Both the position numbers and the translations under genes were made by a program. A model generated the notes under the pieces. It saw nothing but the letters and a program-made list of their open reading frames with translations, made no database searches and was not told the DNA's origin. From NCBI GenBank assembly GCA_965660025.1, contig CBFHYI010000001.1:31906-95905 (forward strand): DNA of 64,000 bases, written 5' to 3'. Shown here piece after piece: positions 19,486 through 28,457 of this stretch (position 1 is the stretch's first letter; each line of letters begins with the position of its first letter). Source of the DNA: an uncultured Ilumatobacteraceae bacterium. Lineage in GTDB: Bacteria; Actinomycetota; Acidimicrobiia; Acidimicrobiales; Ilumatobacteraceae.

Positions 19486-21780
19486 TCAACCAGATCGGCG
19501 GGTGAGCGGCGCAAAGGCAAGCGCAAGATGTTTTGTTCCGACGCCTGCGAAGTTGACCGTCGCTTCTGCGCGGTCACCTTGACCGGTGATCTCAATGATG
19601 ACCCCCTCACCGAACGCGGGGTGGCTCACATCGTCGCCGATACGGAATCCGATCTCGTGAGCGCCCGACTGGATCGGACCGCTTCGGGTGCTCATCGCCC
19701 GTTCAACGATGCGGTCACGATGTTCATCACTTTCGTCTCGGTCGATACTTCGTCGCCGGTACGACGGTGGGGAGTCCCATGATGACGACGAGCGATACGA
19801 ACTCTGTGCAGCCGAGGGGCGACGGTCGCCTTGAATGTCGAGCAACGATTCTGGGATCTCGTCGAAGAACCGCGACGGCGGGTTGTATTGCGTCGAACCG
19901 AACAACATCCTGCTCCACGAGTGCGACAGGAACAGGCGCTGCATCGCTCTCGTGATGCCGACATAGGCAAGCCGGCGTTCTTCTTCCATCTCATCTGGGT
20001 CGGAGAGCGCCCGATGATGAGGAAACACACCTTCTTCAACCCCGACAAGAAACACGTTGGGAAATTCAAGACCTTTTGCAGAATGAAGTGTCATGAGGAC
20101 GACTCTGTCGTCATCAGCAAGGTCGTCGGTATCAGCGACGAGAGCAACCTGCTCGAGGAATTCTTCGAGACGCGTGAACTCTCGAGCTGAGCCGACCAGT
20201 TCGCCAAGGTTCTCAATGCGACCGTGAGCCTCGACGGTGTCTTCTTCTTCAAGCTCGGTGAGGTAACCCGACGACTCGAGCACGTGCTGAAGAAGTTCTC
20301 CCGCCGAAAGGCCGTCATCGCCCTCACTTCGAAGCAATTCGATGGCGGCGTCGACGACCTCACAAAAACTTTCAACACCTCGCGCCGCTCGACCACTCAC
20401 TCCCGCTTCGCTCGCACGTCGCGCTGCTTCGATGAACGAAATGCCTTCGAGCGATGCGAACTCGTCGATTTTCGCAACACTCGTGTCACCGACACCGCGC
20501 TTGGGCACATTGAGCACCCGCTTCACACTCACCTCATCGGCTGGGTTGGCCACAACCCTTAGGTACGCAAGCGCATCGCGCACCTCGCGACGATCGTAGA
20601 ACTTGGTGCCACCGACAACCTGATATGGCACCCCGAGCCGCATGAACGATTCTTCGATCACACGGCTCTGAGCATTTGTTCGGTACAGCACCGCCGTATC
20701 ACTGAACATGGCGCCGGTCTCGCGGGTGAGCTGAAGGGCAGACGATGCGACAAACGTGGCTTCATCGCCTTCGTCACTTGCGTAGTAGCGGACGATACGG
20801 GCGCCGGGGTTTCCGTCGGTCCACAGGTGTTTCGGCTGGCGCCCCGGATTATTCACGATCACTGCGTTGGCCGCATCGAGAATGGTCTGCGTTGATCGAT
20901 AGTTCTGATCGAGCACGATGGTGGTCACATCGGCGAACGCATCTTCGAATTGGATGATGTTGCGAAGATCGGCCCCGCGAAAGCGATAGACACTCTGGTC
21001 GCTGTCACCAACCACGCAGACGTTATGTGCCCCGGTCGGGTCAGTCGCCCCACCCAGAGCCAACACAATCTCGTTTTGCGCCATGTTGGTGTCTTGGTAC
21101 TCGTCGACGAGAAGGTGGCGGAACCGTCCCCGATATTCGTCGAGAACATCAGGGCACTCGTTCAGCAGTCGCACTGTGAGGGTGAGCAAATCATCAAAGT
21201 CAGCCGCTCCAGCACGTTCGAGGCGTGTTTGATACTCGGCGTAGATCTCGGCATGACGGCGAGCGAAAATGTCATCAGCAGACGCAATCGCGGTTGCGGG
21301 GTCGACAAGCTCGTTCTTGAACAACGAAATGTGGCCGTGTACCGCCCTCGAGTTAAACCGCTTCGGGTCGAGCCCCATATCGCGCACCACATACCCCGTG
21401 AGGCGAACTGCGTCACTTTGGTCGTAAATCGAGAACGTTCGCGGCAACCCAACGCGTTCGGCATGCACACGAAGAATTCGCACGCACGCAGAGTGAAATG
21501 TGCTCACCCACATGCTCTTCACCACCGGGCCCACAAGCTCAGCGACCCGATCGCGCATTTCACGTGCGGCCTTATTGGTGAACGTGATCGCAAGAATCTG
21601 TGAGGGGTGCACCCCGGTGTGAATGAGATGAGCGATCCGATGGGTTAACACACGTGTTTTGCCCGAGCCAGCCCCAGCAACCACCAGCAACGGCCCGCTC
21701 GGGTGAATAACAGCGTCGTACTGCGCAGGGTTGAGACCATCGAGAAATGGGCTTGTCGAAAACAGCGAGGGGTCAGACAT
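19486..21780 (-). CDS. pcrA: ATP-dependent DNA helicase PcrA/UvrD (SF1)
   Basis: 764 aa with LLVVAGAGSGKTRVLTHRIAHL (Walker A), LLVDEYQDTN and VMTLHSAKGLEF motifs. Confidence 0.9.
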   Translation of the reverse strand: MSDPSLFSTSPFLDGLNPAQYDAVIHPSGPLLVVAGAGSGKTRVLTHRIAHLIHTGVHPSQILAITFTNKAAREMRDRVAELVGPVVKSMWVSTFHSACVRILRVHAERVGLPRTFSIYDQSDAVRLTGYVVRDMGLDPKRFNSRAVHGHISLFKNELVDPATAIASADDIFARRHAEIYAEYQTRLERAGAADFDDLLTLTVRLLNECPDVLDEYRGRFRHLLVDEYQDTNMAQNEIVLALGGATDPTGAHNVCVVGDSDQSVYRFRGADLRNIIQFEDAFADVTTIVLDQNYRSTQTILDAANAVIVNNPGRQPKHLWTDGNPGARIVRYYASDEGDEATFVASSALQLTRETGAMFSDTAVLYRTNAQSRVIEESFMRLGVPYQVVGGTKFYDRREVRDALAYLRVVANPADEVSVKRVLNVPKRGVGDTSVAKIDEFASLEGISFIEAARRASEAGVSGRAARGVESFCEVVDAAIELLRSEGDDGLSAGELLQHVLESSGYLTELEEEDTVEAHGRIENLGELVGSAREFTRLEEFLEQVALVADTDDLADDDRVVLMTLHSAKGLEFPNVFLVGVEEGVFPHHRALSDPDEMEEERRLAYVGITRAMQRLFLSHSWSRMLFGSTQYNPPSRFFDEIPESLLDIQGDRRPSAAQSSYRSSSSWDSPPSYRRRSIDRDESDEHRDRIVERAMSTRSGPIQSGAHEIGFRIGDDVSHPAFGEGVIIEITGQGDRAEATVNFAGVGTKHLALAFAPLTRRSG

Positions 21781-21849
21781 CTGACGTCAGTGTACGGGTC
21801 GGGTGTTGCGCGCCCTGCACCTCATCATCGAAGCCCTACTGAGACATCA

Positions 21850-21894
21850 GAAAAACGCAAAAGGTGGGTGCACCCGATTTACGGATGCACCCAC
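21850..21894 (-). terminator. rho-independent terminator downstream of the repeat-protein gene
   Basis: On the minus strand the hairpin GTGGGTGCA(T)CCG-TAAAT-CGG(G)TGCACCCAC is followed by CTTTTGCGTTTTTC. Confidence 0.6.
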
Positions 21895-21972
21895 AACTTT
21901 TGACGAACTGACCTGCCGGGGGGTGGAAGGTCAACTCACGGACAGGCGTACCGCCCTCAAATCGGTGAGATC

Positions 21973-22818
21973 TCAGGCCTCAGCGACCGCATCATCATCT
22001 GCGTGGTCGTGATGCCCACGACGGAATTCACCATCGCCATCGTCCTTCGGACCACGGAGACGTTCCCCAGCCTCAGGCACAGTGTTCAACCGCTCGGTGA
22101 TTTTTGCCTCCATTGCTTCTAACTTTTCTGCAGCTTCATCTTCGGTTAGGGAACCATCTGCCACATGCTCGGCCAGGTGATCTGCCCGCTCGTCGACGAG
22201 AGCGCCGACGATGTCACCGATTTCGACGCCATTCTCCTCAGCAATGTCGGCAACTGACTTCCCTTCTGAAAATGCTTCGCGCAACGCTGGGCCATCAATG
22301 CCGAGCATCTCGAGCACCGCCGCTGGCAACTGCCCACCTCGGCGGGGACCTGAGTTGCGATCACGAGTTGGAGGCACCTCATTCACTTTTTCTGAAATTC
22401 GATCTTCAGCAGAAGCCAATTTCTCAGCGGCTTCATCTTCGGTGAGAGAACCATCCGCGACGTGCTCGTTGAGATGCTCCTCATGATCGGCAACGAGAGC
22501 AGCGACAACCGTGTCGATTGCGATTCCTTGCTCGGCTGCGATATCGGCAATCGACTTTCCGGCTGCGAACTCTGAACGAAGCGTCTCGGTGTCGACACCG
22601 AGTGCACTTGCAAGTGTCTCTGGAGACCCCATCTTGCCGCCCTTACCTTTTCCACGGCCATGTCGACCGTCGGCCCCGTCTGATGAGCGGTCACCGATCG
22701 CGTCGGTCTCGACGTCTCCCGCTGCGCTCGTGAGCCCTGGCACACCGAGAACGAAACCCGCTCCAGTTCCTGCGAGCAATCCCGCTGACATTGCTGCGAA
22801 CAGTGCTTTCTTCTTCAT
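21973..22818 (-). CDS. secreted tandem-repeat protein with His/Asp-rich C-terminus
   Basis: I start it at ATG 22818 (AAGGAAAG upstream), which gives the signal peptide MKKKALFAAMSAGLLAGTGAGFVLGVPGLTSAAG. It has two about 84-aa repeats, each ending HVADGSLTEDEAAEKL. The C-terminal tail is RRGHHDHADDD. Confidence 0.7.
   Translation of the reverse strand: MKKKALFAAMSAGLLAGTGAGFVLGVPGLTSAAGDVETDAIGDRSSDGADGRHGRGKGKGGKMGSPETLASALGVDTETLRSEFAAGKSIADIAAEQGIAIDTVVAALVADHEEHLNEHVADGSLTEDEAAEKLASAEDRISEKVNEVPPTRDRNSGPRRGGQLPAAVLEMLGIDGPALREAFSEGKSVADIAEENGVEIGDIVGALVDERADHLAEHVADGSLTEDEAAEKLEAMEAKITERLNTVPEAGERLRGPKDDGDGEFRRGHHDHADDDAVAEA
22078..22623 (-). repeat. intragenic tandem duplication (two about 250-nt units, period 297 nt) encoding the two protein repeats
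   Basis: Unit 1 is 22372..22623 (PETLASALGVDTETL...NEVP). Unit 2 is 22078..22326 (PAAVLEMLGIDGPAL...NTVP). The identical peptide HVADGSLTEDEAAEKL occurs in both. Confidence 0.8.
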
Positions 22819-22938
22819 GGATAACTTCTTTCTTTCCTTTGGAAGTTGGGGGATCCTGCTTCCGTTGGACACCATCATCGAAGGGCTCTTCAAGAAGTGT
22901 GCGTGATCTAGGTAAGGAGAACGTGAGAACTCTCTCAA

Positions 22939-24267
22939 CTACACCGAGGGAGGGTCCCACGACCGAACCACCGGCAATGTAAGGCCGACGACCGCTCCTC
23001 CCCCATTGCGATCTGCAACGAACACCTCGCCACCGTGTTGACGTGCGGTCGACGCCACCATTGAAAGGCCAAGACCTGACCCAGGGAGTGTGCGAGCAGT
23101 CGCTGACCGATGAAAACGCTCAAACACCAATGGTTGATCAGCGATTGGAATGCCCGGGCCCCGATCGAGCACCGAAATTCGGCCGTCGACAACCGTGACC
23201 TCAATCGGGCCCTCGGTCTGGTCAAATTTCACTGCGTTTTCTAAAAGGTTAGAAACTGCTCGCTCGAGTTGTCCCCGACGAATGATGACCTCGGAATCAT
23301 CTGACTGCACGAGCACCTGTCGCCCTGAACGACGCTGAGATCGCTCGGCTGCGGTGGTAACGACGTCACCGATTCGAACCTGCTCGGGCTCGGAGTCATC
23401 AACCTCACCGCTCGCAACCTGCACAACCTCATTCACAAGAGACGTCAATTCGCTCGCCTCGGCACGCATCGATTCAACGATCTCCGCTCGCTCATCAGCC
23501 GGCAGATCCGGGTAGCGGCTTAACGTATCGAGCCCCGTTCGAATCGAGGTCACCGGAGTTCGTAATTCGTGACCCGCGTCCTCCACAAGACGGCGCTGGT
23601 CAGCTCGAGAGCGAGCAAGAGCACCGATCATGCGATGGAATGCAGTTGAAAGACGGCCGACTTCATCACGGCGTTCAGATCGGTCACTATCTGCAAGCTC
23701 AAGGCTTCCAGTCGATTCAATTTCTGACGCGGCATCGGTCAGCACGCGAAGCGGTCGCGTAACTCGCCCAGCAACGACGGCTCCCAACGCACCGGCGGCA
23801 AGGGTGACACCAGTGACCAACAGCAGTGTTCGCAACCTAAGACTTTCTAAGACGGCATTCGTCTCGGCGAGTGGTCGCCCTATTTGAATAATGCCGTCTT
23901 CAAAACCGATGGACCGAATTCGATATTCGGCACGACCAAGTTGAGTTGACCGAAAATTCGTCACCCCAGCGCGGCCGATCAACTTGAGATCTTCGCGACT
24001 TGGTTTCATCTGCTTCGGGAAGTTGGAGCGAAGAACCGAACCATCTTTGAGCACCGCCTGGACGACCACCCCATCAAAAGGGCCGGAGTCGAATAAACGT
24101 TCATCGAACCGTCGTGCCGTCGCCACCGCAGTGGCGTCTACTAACGAATCATCGACCGCTCTCAACAGCCGCGAAGACGTCGTCTGGTACGAGATCGCGC
24201 CAACCACAATGGTTGCGACCGCAGCAAGGGTCGCCATCAACAGAGCGATTCGCAGTCGAAGGCTCAT
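22939..24267 (-). CDS. HAMP-domain sensor histidine kinase
   Basis: 442 aa with two TM segments flanking an extracytoplasmic loop, H-box AGHELRTPVTSI, and the ATPase region NLLENAVKF...DRGPGIP...GSGLGLSMV. Confidence 0.9.
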   Translation of the reverse strand: MSLRLRIALLMATLAAVATIVVGAISYQTTSSRLLRAVDDSLVDATAVATARRFDERLFDSGPFDGVVVQAVLKDGSVLRSNFPKQMKPSREDLKLIGRAGVTNFRSTQLGRAEYRIRSIGFEDGIIQIGRPLAETNAVLESLRLRTLLLVTGVTLAAGALGAVVAGRVTRPLRVLTDAASEIESTGSLELADSDRSERRDEVGRLSTAFHRMIGALARSRADQRRLVEDAGHELRTPVTSIRTGLDTLSRYPDLPADERAEIVESMRAEASELTSLVNEVVQVASGEVDDSEPEQVRIGDVVTTAAERSQRRSGRQVLVQSDDSEVIIRRGQLERAVSNLLENAVKFDQTEGPIEVTVVDGRISVLDRGPGIPIADQPLVFERFHRSATARTLPGSGLGLSMVASTARQHGGEVFVADRNGGGAVVGLTLPVVRSWDPPSV

Positions 24268-24983
24268 CGTTCAACCCGAGCCGAGTAACCCACACCACGA
24301 ACGGTATGGATCAACCGCGACCCGCCCCCCTCTTCGGTTTTGCGGCGTAGGTAGCCGATGTACACCGCGAGGTTCTTGGAGTCTGGACCAAAGTCATACT
24401 TCCAAATCCTCTCGTAGATCGTTGAGTGGTCAAGCACTATGCCAGCATTCCGAATCAGCAGTTCGAGAAGGTCGAATTCTGTTTTTGACAATTCAAGTTC
24501 GCGGCTACCACGCCGTACCCGCCGCCCGGCAGGGTCCATCACCAAGTCGCCGAGCACGAGTGGCTCAACTCCTGAGTGCTCGTCGGCATCGACCACTACG
24601 CGGCGCACGAGCGCCCGAAGGCGCGCGAAAAGTTCACCTAAATCAAATGGCTTCAGTACGTAGTCGTCTGCTCCTGCATCAAGCCCAGCAATTCGATCAC
24701 TTGGTTCTGTTCGCGCCGTCAACATGAGAATTGGGATACGAACTCCCTCCGACCGAAGCACACGACATGCCGTCAACCCATCAACAGCCGGCATTGACAC
24801 GTCAAGAATGATGATGTCGGGAGGGGCATCGACAGAGTCTTCTCGCAAGTGTTGAAGAGCTGCAGCACCATCGCTCACCGCACTCACTTCATAGCCCTCA
24901 AGCGTCATCGCTCGGGCAAGAGACTCTCGAACCGCCCGGTCATCTTCGGCTAGCAGCACCCGTAATCTCTCATCGGTCATCAC
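24264..24983 (-). CDS. OmpR/PhoB-family response regulator
   Basis: RVLLAEDD...IIILDVSMPAVDG...LMLTAR receiver domain plus a winged-helix C-terminus (LSKTEFDLLELL, IHTVRGVGY). It has a 4-nt overlap with the kinase gene. The start is GTG 24983 or ATG 24980. Confidence 0.9.
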   Translation of the reverse strand: MMTDERLRVLLAEDDRAVRESLARAMTLEGYEVSAVSDGAAALQHLREDSVDAPPDIIILDVSMPAVDGLTACRVLRSEGVRIPILMLTARTEPSDRIAGLDAGADDYVLKPFDLGELFARLRALVRRVVVDADEHSGVEPLVLGDLVMDPAGRRVRRGSRELELSKTEFDLLELLIRNAGIVLDHSTIYERIWKYDFGPDSKNLAVYIGYLRRKTEEGGGSRLIHTVRGVGYSARVER

Positions 24984-26285
24984 ATGAGTACATCAGAATG
25001 CGGTAAGTATCTGGTGAGAATGTCATCAAAAATCTCTGAGCGCGCCCCTACATCACCGGTACAACGCACACTGCTGTATCTTGTGCACACCATCCGTTGG
25101 ATCGTTCTCGGAGGGTTCTCAGGACTGCTTGCAGGGTGTGCTTCGTACCTGTTCCTTGAGGGTCTTGACCGGGTGACCGCATTCCGAACCGGTGAACAAT
25201 GGATGATCTACCTTCTGCCCATCGCAGGCCTTGTCATCGGGCTCTCAAACAAATGGCTCGCCGGTCGCTCCACGTCCGGAAATTCACTCCTCCTACAAGA
25301 GATCCACAGCCCAACTCGCTGGGTTCCCCGGCGAATGGCACCACTCGTTCTACTCGGAACATGGTGGACACATCTGTTCGGCGGATCGGCTGGTAGAGAA
25401 GGAACCGCTCTCCAAATGTCAGGGAGCCTCAGCGACGCATTTGGCCGCCTCATCAAACTTCAGCACCGCGACCGCTCCCTCCTGCTCACCGCTGCCCTGG
25501 CCGGAGGCTTTGGTTCTGTATTCGGCGTTCCGTTCGCAGGGGTTGTCTTTGCACTCGAAGTACCAACCGTTGGGCGTCTGCGACTCCGAGCGCTCCTGCC
25601 CGCAGTGTCCGCGTCATTCGTCGGAGACGCAATGGTCGGATGGCTAGGTCACGACCACGTCGCTCGACTTTCGATCGATCTCTCGATGTCGGTGTCAACG
25701 CTGGGCGCGTTGATCGTTGTCGGCGTGTCGTGTGGAATCGCCTCTCGAATGTTCATCTCGGCAACATCGATCATGAGAAACCTCGGCCGCCGATATCTCC
25801 CGTCGACGGTGCTGCGCCCTGTCATTGGCGGCGCAGCAGTGCTCGGTCTGTCGGCCCTGTTCGGACGTGACTATCTCGGCTTGTCGCTCCCACTCCTCGA
25901 CACGGCCCTGTCAGGCGCCTCAATCGCCCTCACCGTCTTCGCACTCAAAATCGTCTTTACCGCAATCACAATTGGCACAGGGTTCCTCGGCGGCGAGGTC
26001 ACCCCACTGTTCGTCATTGGCGCCACACTCGGGGCATCGGTTGGTGAGCTTGTTGGACTGCCGTTCGGCGTTGCGGCCGCAATCGGCATGGTCGCTACCT
26101 TTGGGGCGGCTGCGAATACGCCGCTTGCGTGCGCCGTGATGGGCCTGGAGTTATTCGGCACTGCAGCCGTTACTCCGATGGCGATCGGCTGCCTCGTTGC
26201 ATGGGTTGCCTCAGGCTCTGGAACGATCTACGAAACGCAGCGGCACGCGCTACGTCGATCGTCAACTGGTCTTCAACACTCGTAA
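24984..26285 (+). CDS. CLC-family anion channel/antiporter (motifs suggest the fluoride-specific CLC-F clade)
   Basis: 433-aa polytopic ORF with GNSLL, GREGTALQMSGS and GGEVTPLFVIGATLG. The start is uncertain (ATG 24984 or 25020). Confidence 0.8.
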   Translation: MSTSECGKYLVRMSSKISERAPTSPVQRTLLYLVHTIRWIVLGGFSGLLAGCASYLFLEGLDRVTAFRTGEQWMIYLLPIAGLVIGLSNKWLAGRSTSGNSLLLQEIHSPTRWVPRRMAPLVLLGTWWTHLFGGSAGREGTALQMSGSLSDAFGRLIKLQHRDRSLLLTAALAGGFGSVFGVPFAGVVFALEVPTVGRLRLRALLPAVSASFVGDAMVGWLGHDHVARLSIDLSMSVSTLGALIVVGVSCGIASRMFISATSIMRNLGRRYLPSTVLRPVIGGAAVLGLSALFGRDYLGLSLPLLDTALSGASIALTVFALKIVFTAITIGTGFLGGEVTPLFVIGATLGASVGELVGLPFGVAAAIGMVATFGAAANTPLACAVMGLELFGTAAVTPMAIGCLVAWVASGSGTIYETQRHALRRSSTGLQHS

Positions 26286-27479
26286 CGGCAGTTCGCGCGG
26301 TCCTCGAATCTGACCGACACTCCAACGGGTGTCGCCTTCGACAGTGAACGACGGGAATCGTCGCACAAACTCTTCAACCGCCACCTTGAGTTCCAGTCGC
26401 GCAAGGTTCGAACCCAAGCAGCGGTGGATGCCAAGACCAAATGCTCCATGGCGATTCTCTTGACGGTCGATCACGAACTGAGTTGCGTGCTCGAACTGCT
26501 TGGGGTCGCGGTTCGCAGCAGGGAACGGAAGCAGCACCCAATCGTTGGCCTTCATCGGGCACCCATGGAAGTCGTAGTCGTCCTTGACGAGACGAGCCAT
26601 GGTCACTGGAGCGTACGCACGAAGGAACTCTTCAAGAGCAAACATCATGACGTCTGGCTCGTCGACGAGACGCTGCAGGTCGTCTGGGTGGGTTCCGAGG
26701 TGCCAGAGCGATGAGCCAATCGCTGACCACGTCGTGTCGATTCCGGCGACAAGGAGCAGCAGGATCGACCCACGGACATGTTCATCAGAAAGTTTGTTAC
26801 CTGCGATCTCAACGTTGAGAAGGTAGTTCGTGAGGTCATCTCGAGGGTTCGCCCGGTGATCCTCAATTTGCGCATCGAGGTAATCAGCCAAGGGCTGCAT
26901 GAACGCTTCGCGATCTTCCGCTGGTTCGTTAATGCGCTCAAGCACATTGTGCACGAAGTCTCTGAAGAGCGCTTCGTCTTCTGGCGGGAAGCCGAGCATC
27001 CGGGCGATGACGTTGACCGGGATGCTCTGCGCATATTGAACCGCTCCATCGATGATCGACTCACCTTCGGTGATATCACCCATGCGATCGAGGAGCTCGT
27101 TGCAGAGTCGTCGAACTTCAGGCTCCCACTCTGCAATCACCTTCGGCGCAAACGGAGGCAGCAGAAGACGACGGGCAATGTTGTGGAATGGCGGGTCACT
27201 CGTGATGGGCGGAGCAGGCCCAACGGGAGCCTCGATCAGAGGGCGGCCCGTGTTGACAACCACGCCCTGCGAAGTGAAGTGCTCGGTGTCATAGGCGATC
27301 TCGTGGACCATCTCGTAGGTGAACGGTGCCCACAGCCCGTCGTAGCGTTCGCTGTGCGCTACCGGGCATTCAGAGCCCTGGAACTCCTCCCAGATCTCGT
27401 GCGCTCGTTCGTTGTATTCGGGATCGGCATGATCAAAGTCATTCACCCAGTCGAGAACTTTTTCGTACATTCCAGTCAT
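26262..27479 (-). CDS. cytochrome P450
   Basis: Heme-thiolate loop FGLGIHRCLGSNLA and I-helix LLLLVAGIDTT. I prefer ATG 27479 (GGAG 6 nt upstream) over the ORF-track start at 27530, which overlaps the ferredoxin gene. Confidence 0.9.
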   Translation of the reverse strand: MTGMYEKVLDWVNDFDHADPEYNERAHEIWEEFQGSECPVAHSERYDGLWAPFTYEMVHEIAYDTEHFTSQGVVVNTGRPLIEAPVGPAPPITSDPPFHNIARRLLLPPFAPKVIAEWEPEVRRLCNELLDRMGDITEGESIIDGAVQYAQSIPVNVIARMLGFPPEDEALFRDFVHNVLERINEPAEDREAFMQPLADYLDAQIEDHRANPRDDLTNYLLNVEIAGNKLSDEHVRGSILLLLVAGIDTTWSAIGSSLWHLGTHPDDLQRLVDEPDVMMFALEEFLRAYAPVTMARLVKDDYDFHGCPMKANDWVLLPFPAANRDPKQFEHATQFVIDRQENRHGAFGLGIHRCLGSNLARLELKVAVEEFVRRFPSFTVEGDTRWSVGQIRGPRELPLRVLKTS

Positions 27480-27496
27480 GAGATACTCCGAGATGT

Positions 27497-27691
27497 TCAG
27501 TCTTCGATCGTGATTGCGAATTCGGGGCAATTCGCTGCGGCAAGTCGAGCTTTGTCTTCAAGCTCGGCAGGTACAACACCATCGTTCAACGCGAATGCGG
27601 TGCCGTAGTCATCGACATCGAACAACTCCGGAGCGATGGCAAAACAACGGTTATGGCCCTGGCATTTTTCTTCATCAACGAATACACGCAT
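27497..27691 (-). CDS. small ferredoxin (P450 redox partner type)
   Basis: 64 aa. MRVFVDEEKCQGHNRCFAIAPELF...AAANCPEFAI has the CxxHxxC...CP pattern. It lies immediately upstream of the P450 gene. Confidence 0.8.
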   Translation of the reverse strand: MRVFVDEEKCQGHNRCFAIAPELFDVDDYGTAFALNDGVVPAELEDKARLAAANCPEFAITIED

Positions 27692-27778
27692 AGGTGGGAC
27701 ATTACTGGCGAATATGTCTCAAGTCACGTCCGCATGTGACTTTCTTCACAGATTGGGTCACCAGATACGATCAATGCC

Positions 27779-28420
27779 GTGCACAGTGTCATCCTCGCCG
27801 CATCTGGAGACGGCATCGTTGCACGACTCACCAACTGGCTGGTTGATACATCGAGCGCACAATGGTTTCTCGGCGTCATTTTTGTGATCGCACTGCTCGA
27901 CTCGGTCGTGCCGGTCGTACCCAGCGAAACCACGGTGATCATCGGTGGGGTTGCCGCCGGCGCCGGAGATCAAAACCTCCTTTTGGTCATCGTTGCGGGA
28001 GCGATCGGTGCCTTTATCGGCGACAACCTTGCGTATCTCATCGGTCGCTCATTTCATGGACCAATCTCTCGGCGGGCAACCCGTAAACCCACGACGCAAC
28101 GGCGACTCGACTGGGCCGAAAAGCAAGTTCGCGAGCGCGGCGGTCTTCTTCTTGTCACCGCACGATTCATCCCCGGTGGCCGAACGGCGCTCACCATTTC
28201 ATGTGGACTCACCCAACAGCCGCAGCGGTGGTTCGTGAAGTGGGTAGCGCTCGCCGTCAGCATCTGGGCCACCTACGCAGCGGTCCTCGGAGCGATTTTC
28301 GGAAAAGCACTCCAAGACAACCACACAGCGGCGTTTCTCATTGCGTTTCTCACCGCACTTGCCATCAACGTGATCATCGAAGTGGTGCGTAAACGTCGAT
28401 CGTCGGCGCAGCATCTCTGA
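27779..28420 (+). CDS. DedA/VTT-domain membrane protein
   Basis: 213 aa with LDSVVPVVPSETTVIIGG and FIPGGRTALTISCG, typical of the DedA family. Confidence 0.8.
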   Translation: MHSVILAASGDGIVARLTNWLVDTSSAQWFLGVIFVIALLDSVVPVVPSETTVIIGGVAAGAGDQNLLLVIVAGAIGAFIGDNLAYLIGRSFHGPISRRATRKPTTQRRLDWAEKQVRERGGLLLVTARFIPGGRTALTISCGLTQQPQRWFVKWVALAVSIWATYAAVLGAIFGKALQDNHTAAFLIAFLTALAINVIIEVVRKRRSSAQHL

Positions 28421-28457
28421 CGCGAAATCGCCAGCCACTGACTGCAACACTGGTGTC

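Noticed and set aside
20950-21603. 217-aa plus-strand ORF
   Set aside because: It is antisense to pcrA, whose helicase motifs are unambiguous. This is a shadow ORF.
23984-24727. 247-aa plus-strand ORF
   Set aside because: It is antisense to the histidine kinase and response regulator genes. The translation is Ser/Arg/Pro-rich and it spans a gene junction.
24880-25020. Search for a crcB-motif fluoride riboswitch upstream of the CLC gene
   Set aside because: The region is coding for the response regulator on the other strand. I could not find the conserved riboswitch core elements by eye. A covariance-model scan would be definitive.
26778-27608. 276-aa plus-strand ORF
   Set aside because: It is antisense to the cytochrome P450 and ferredoxin genes. 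It has no motifs and an Arg-rich shadow-frame composition.
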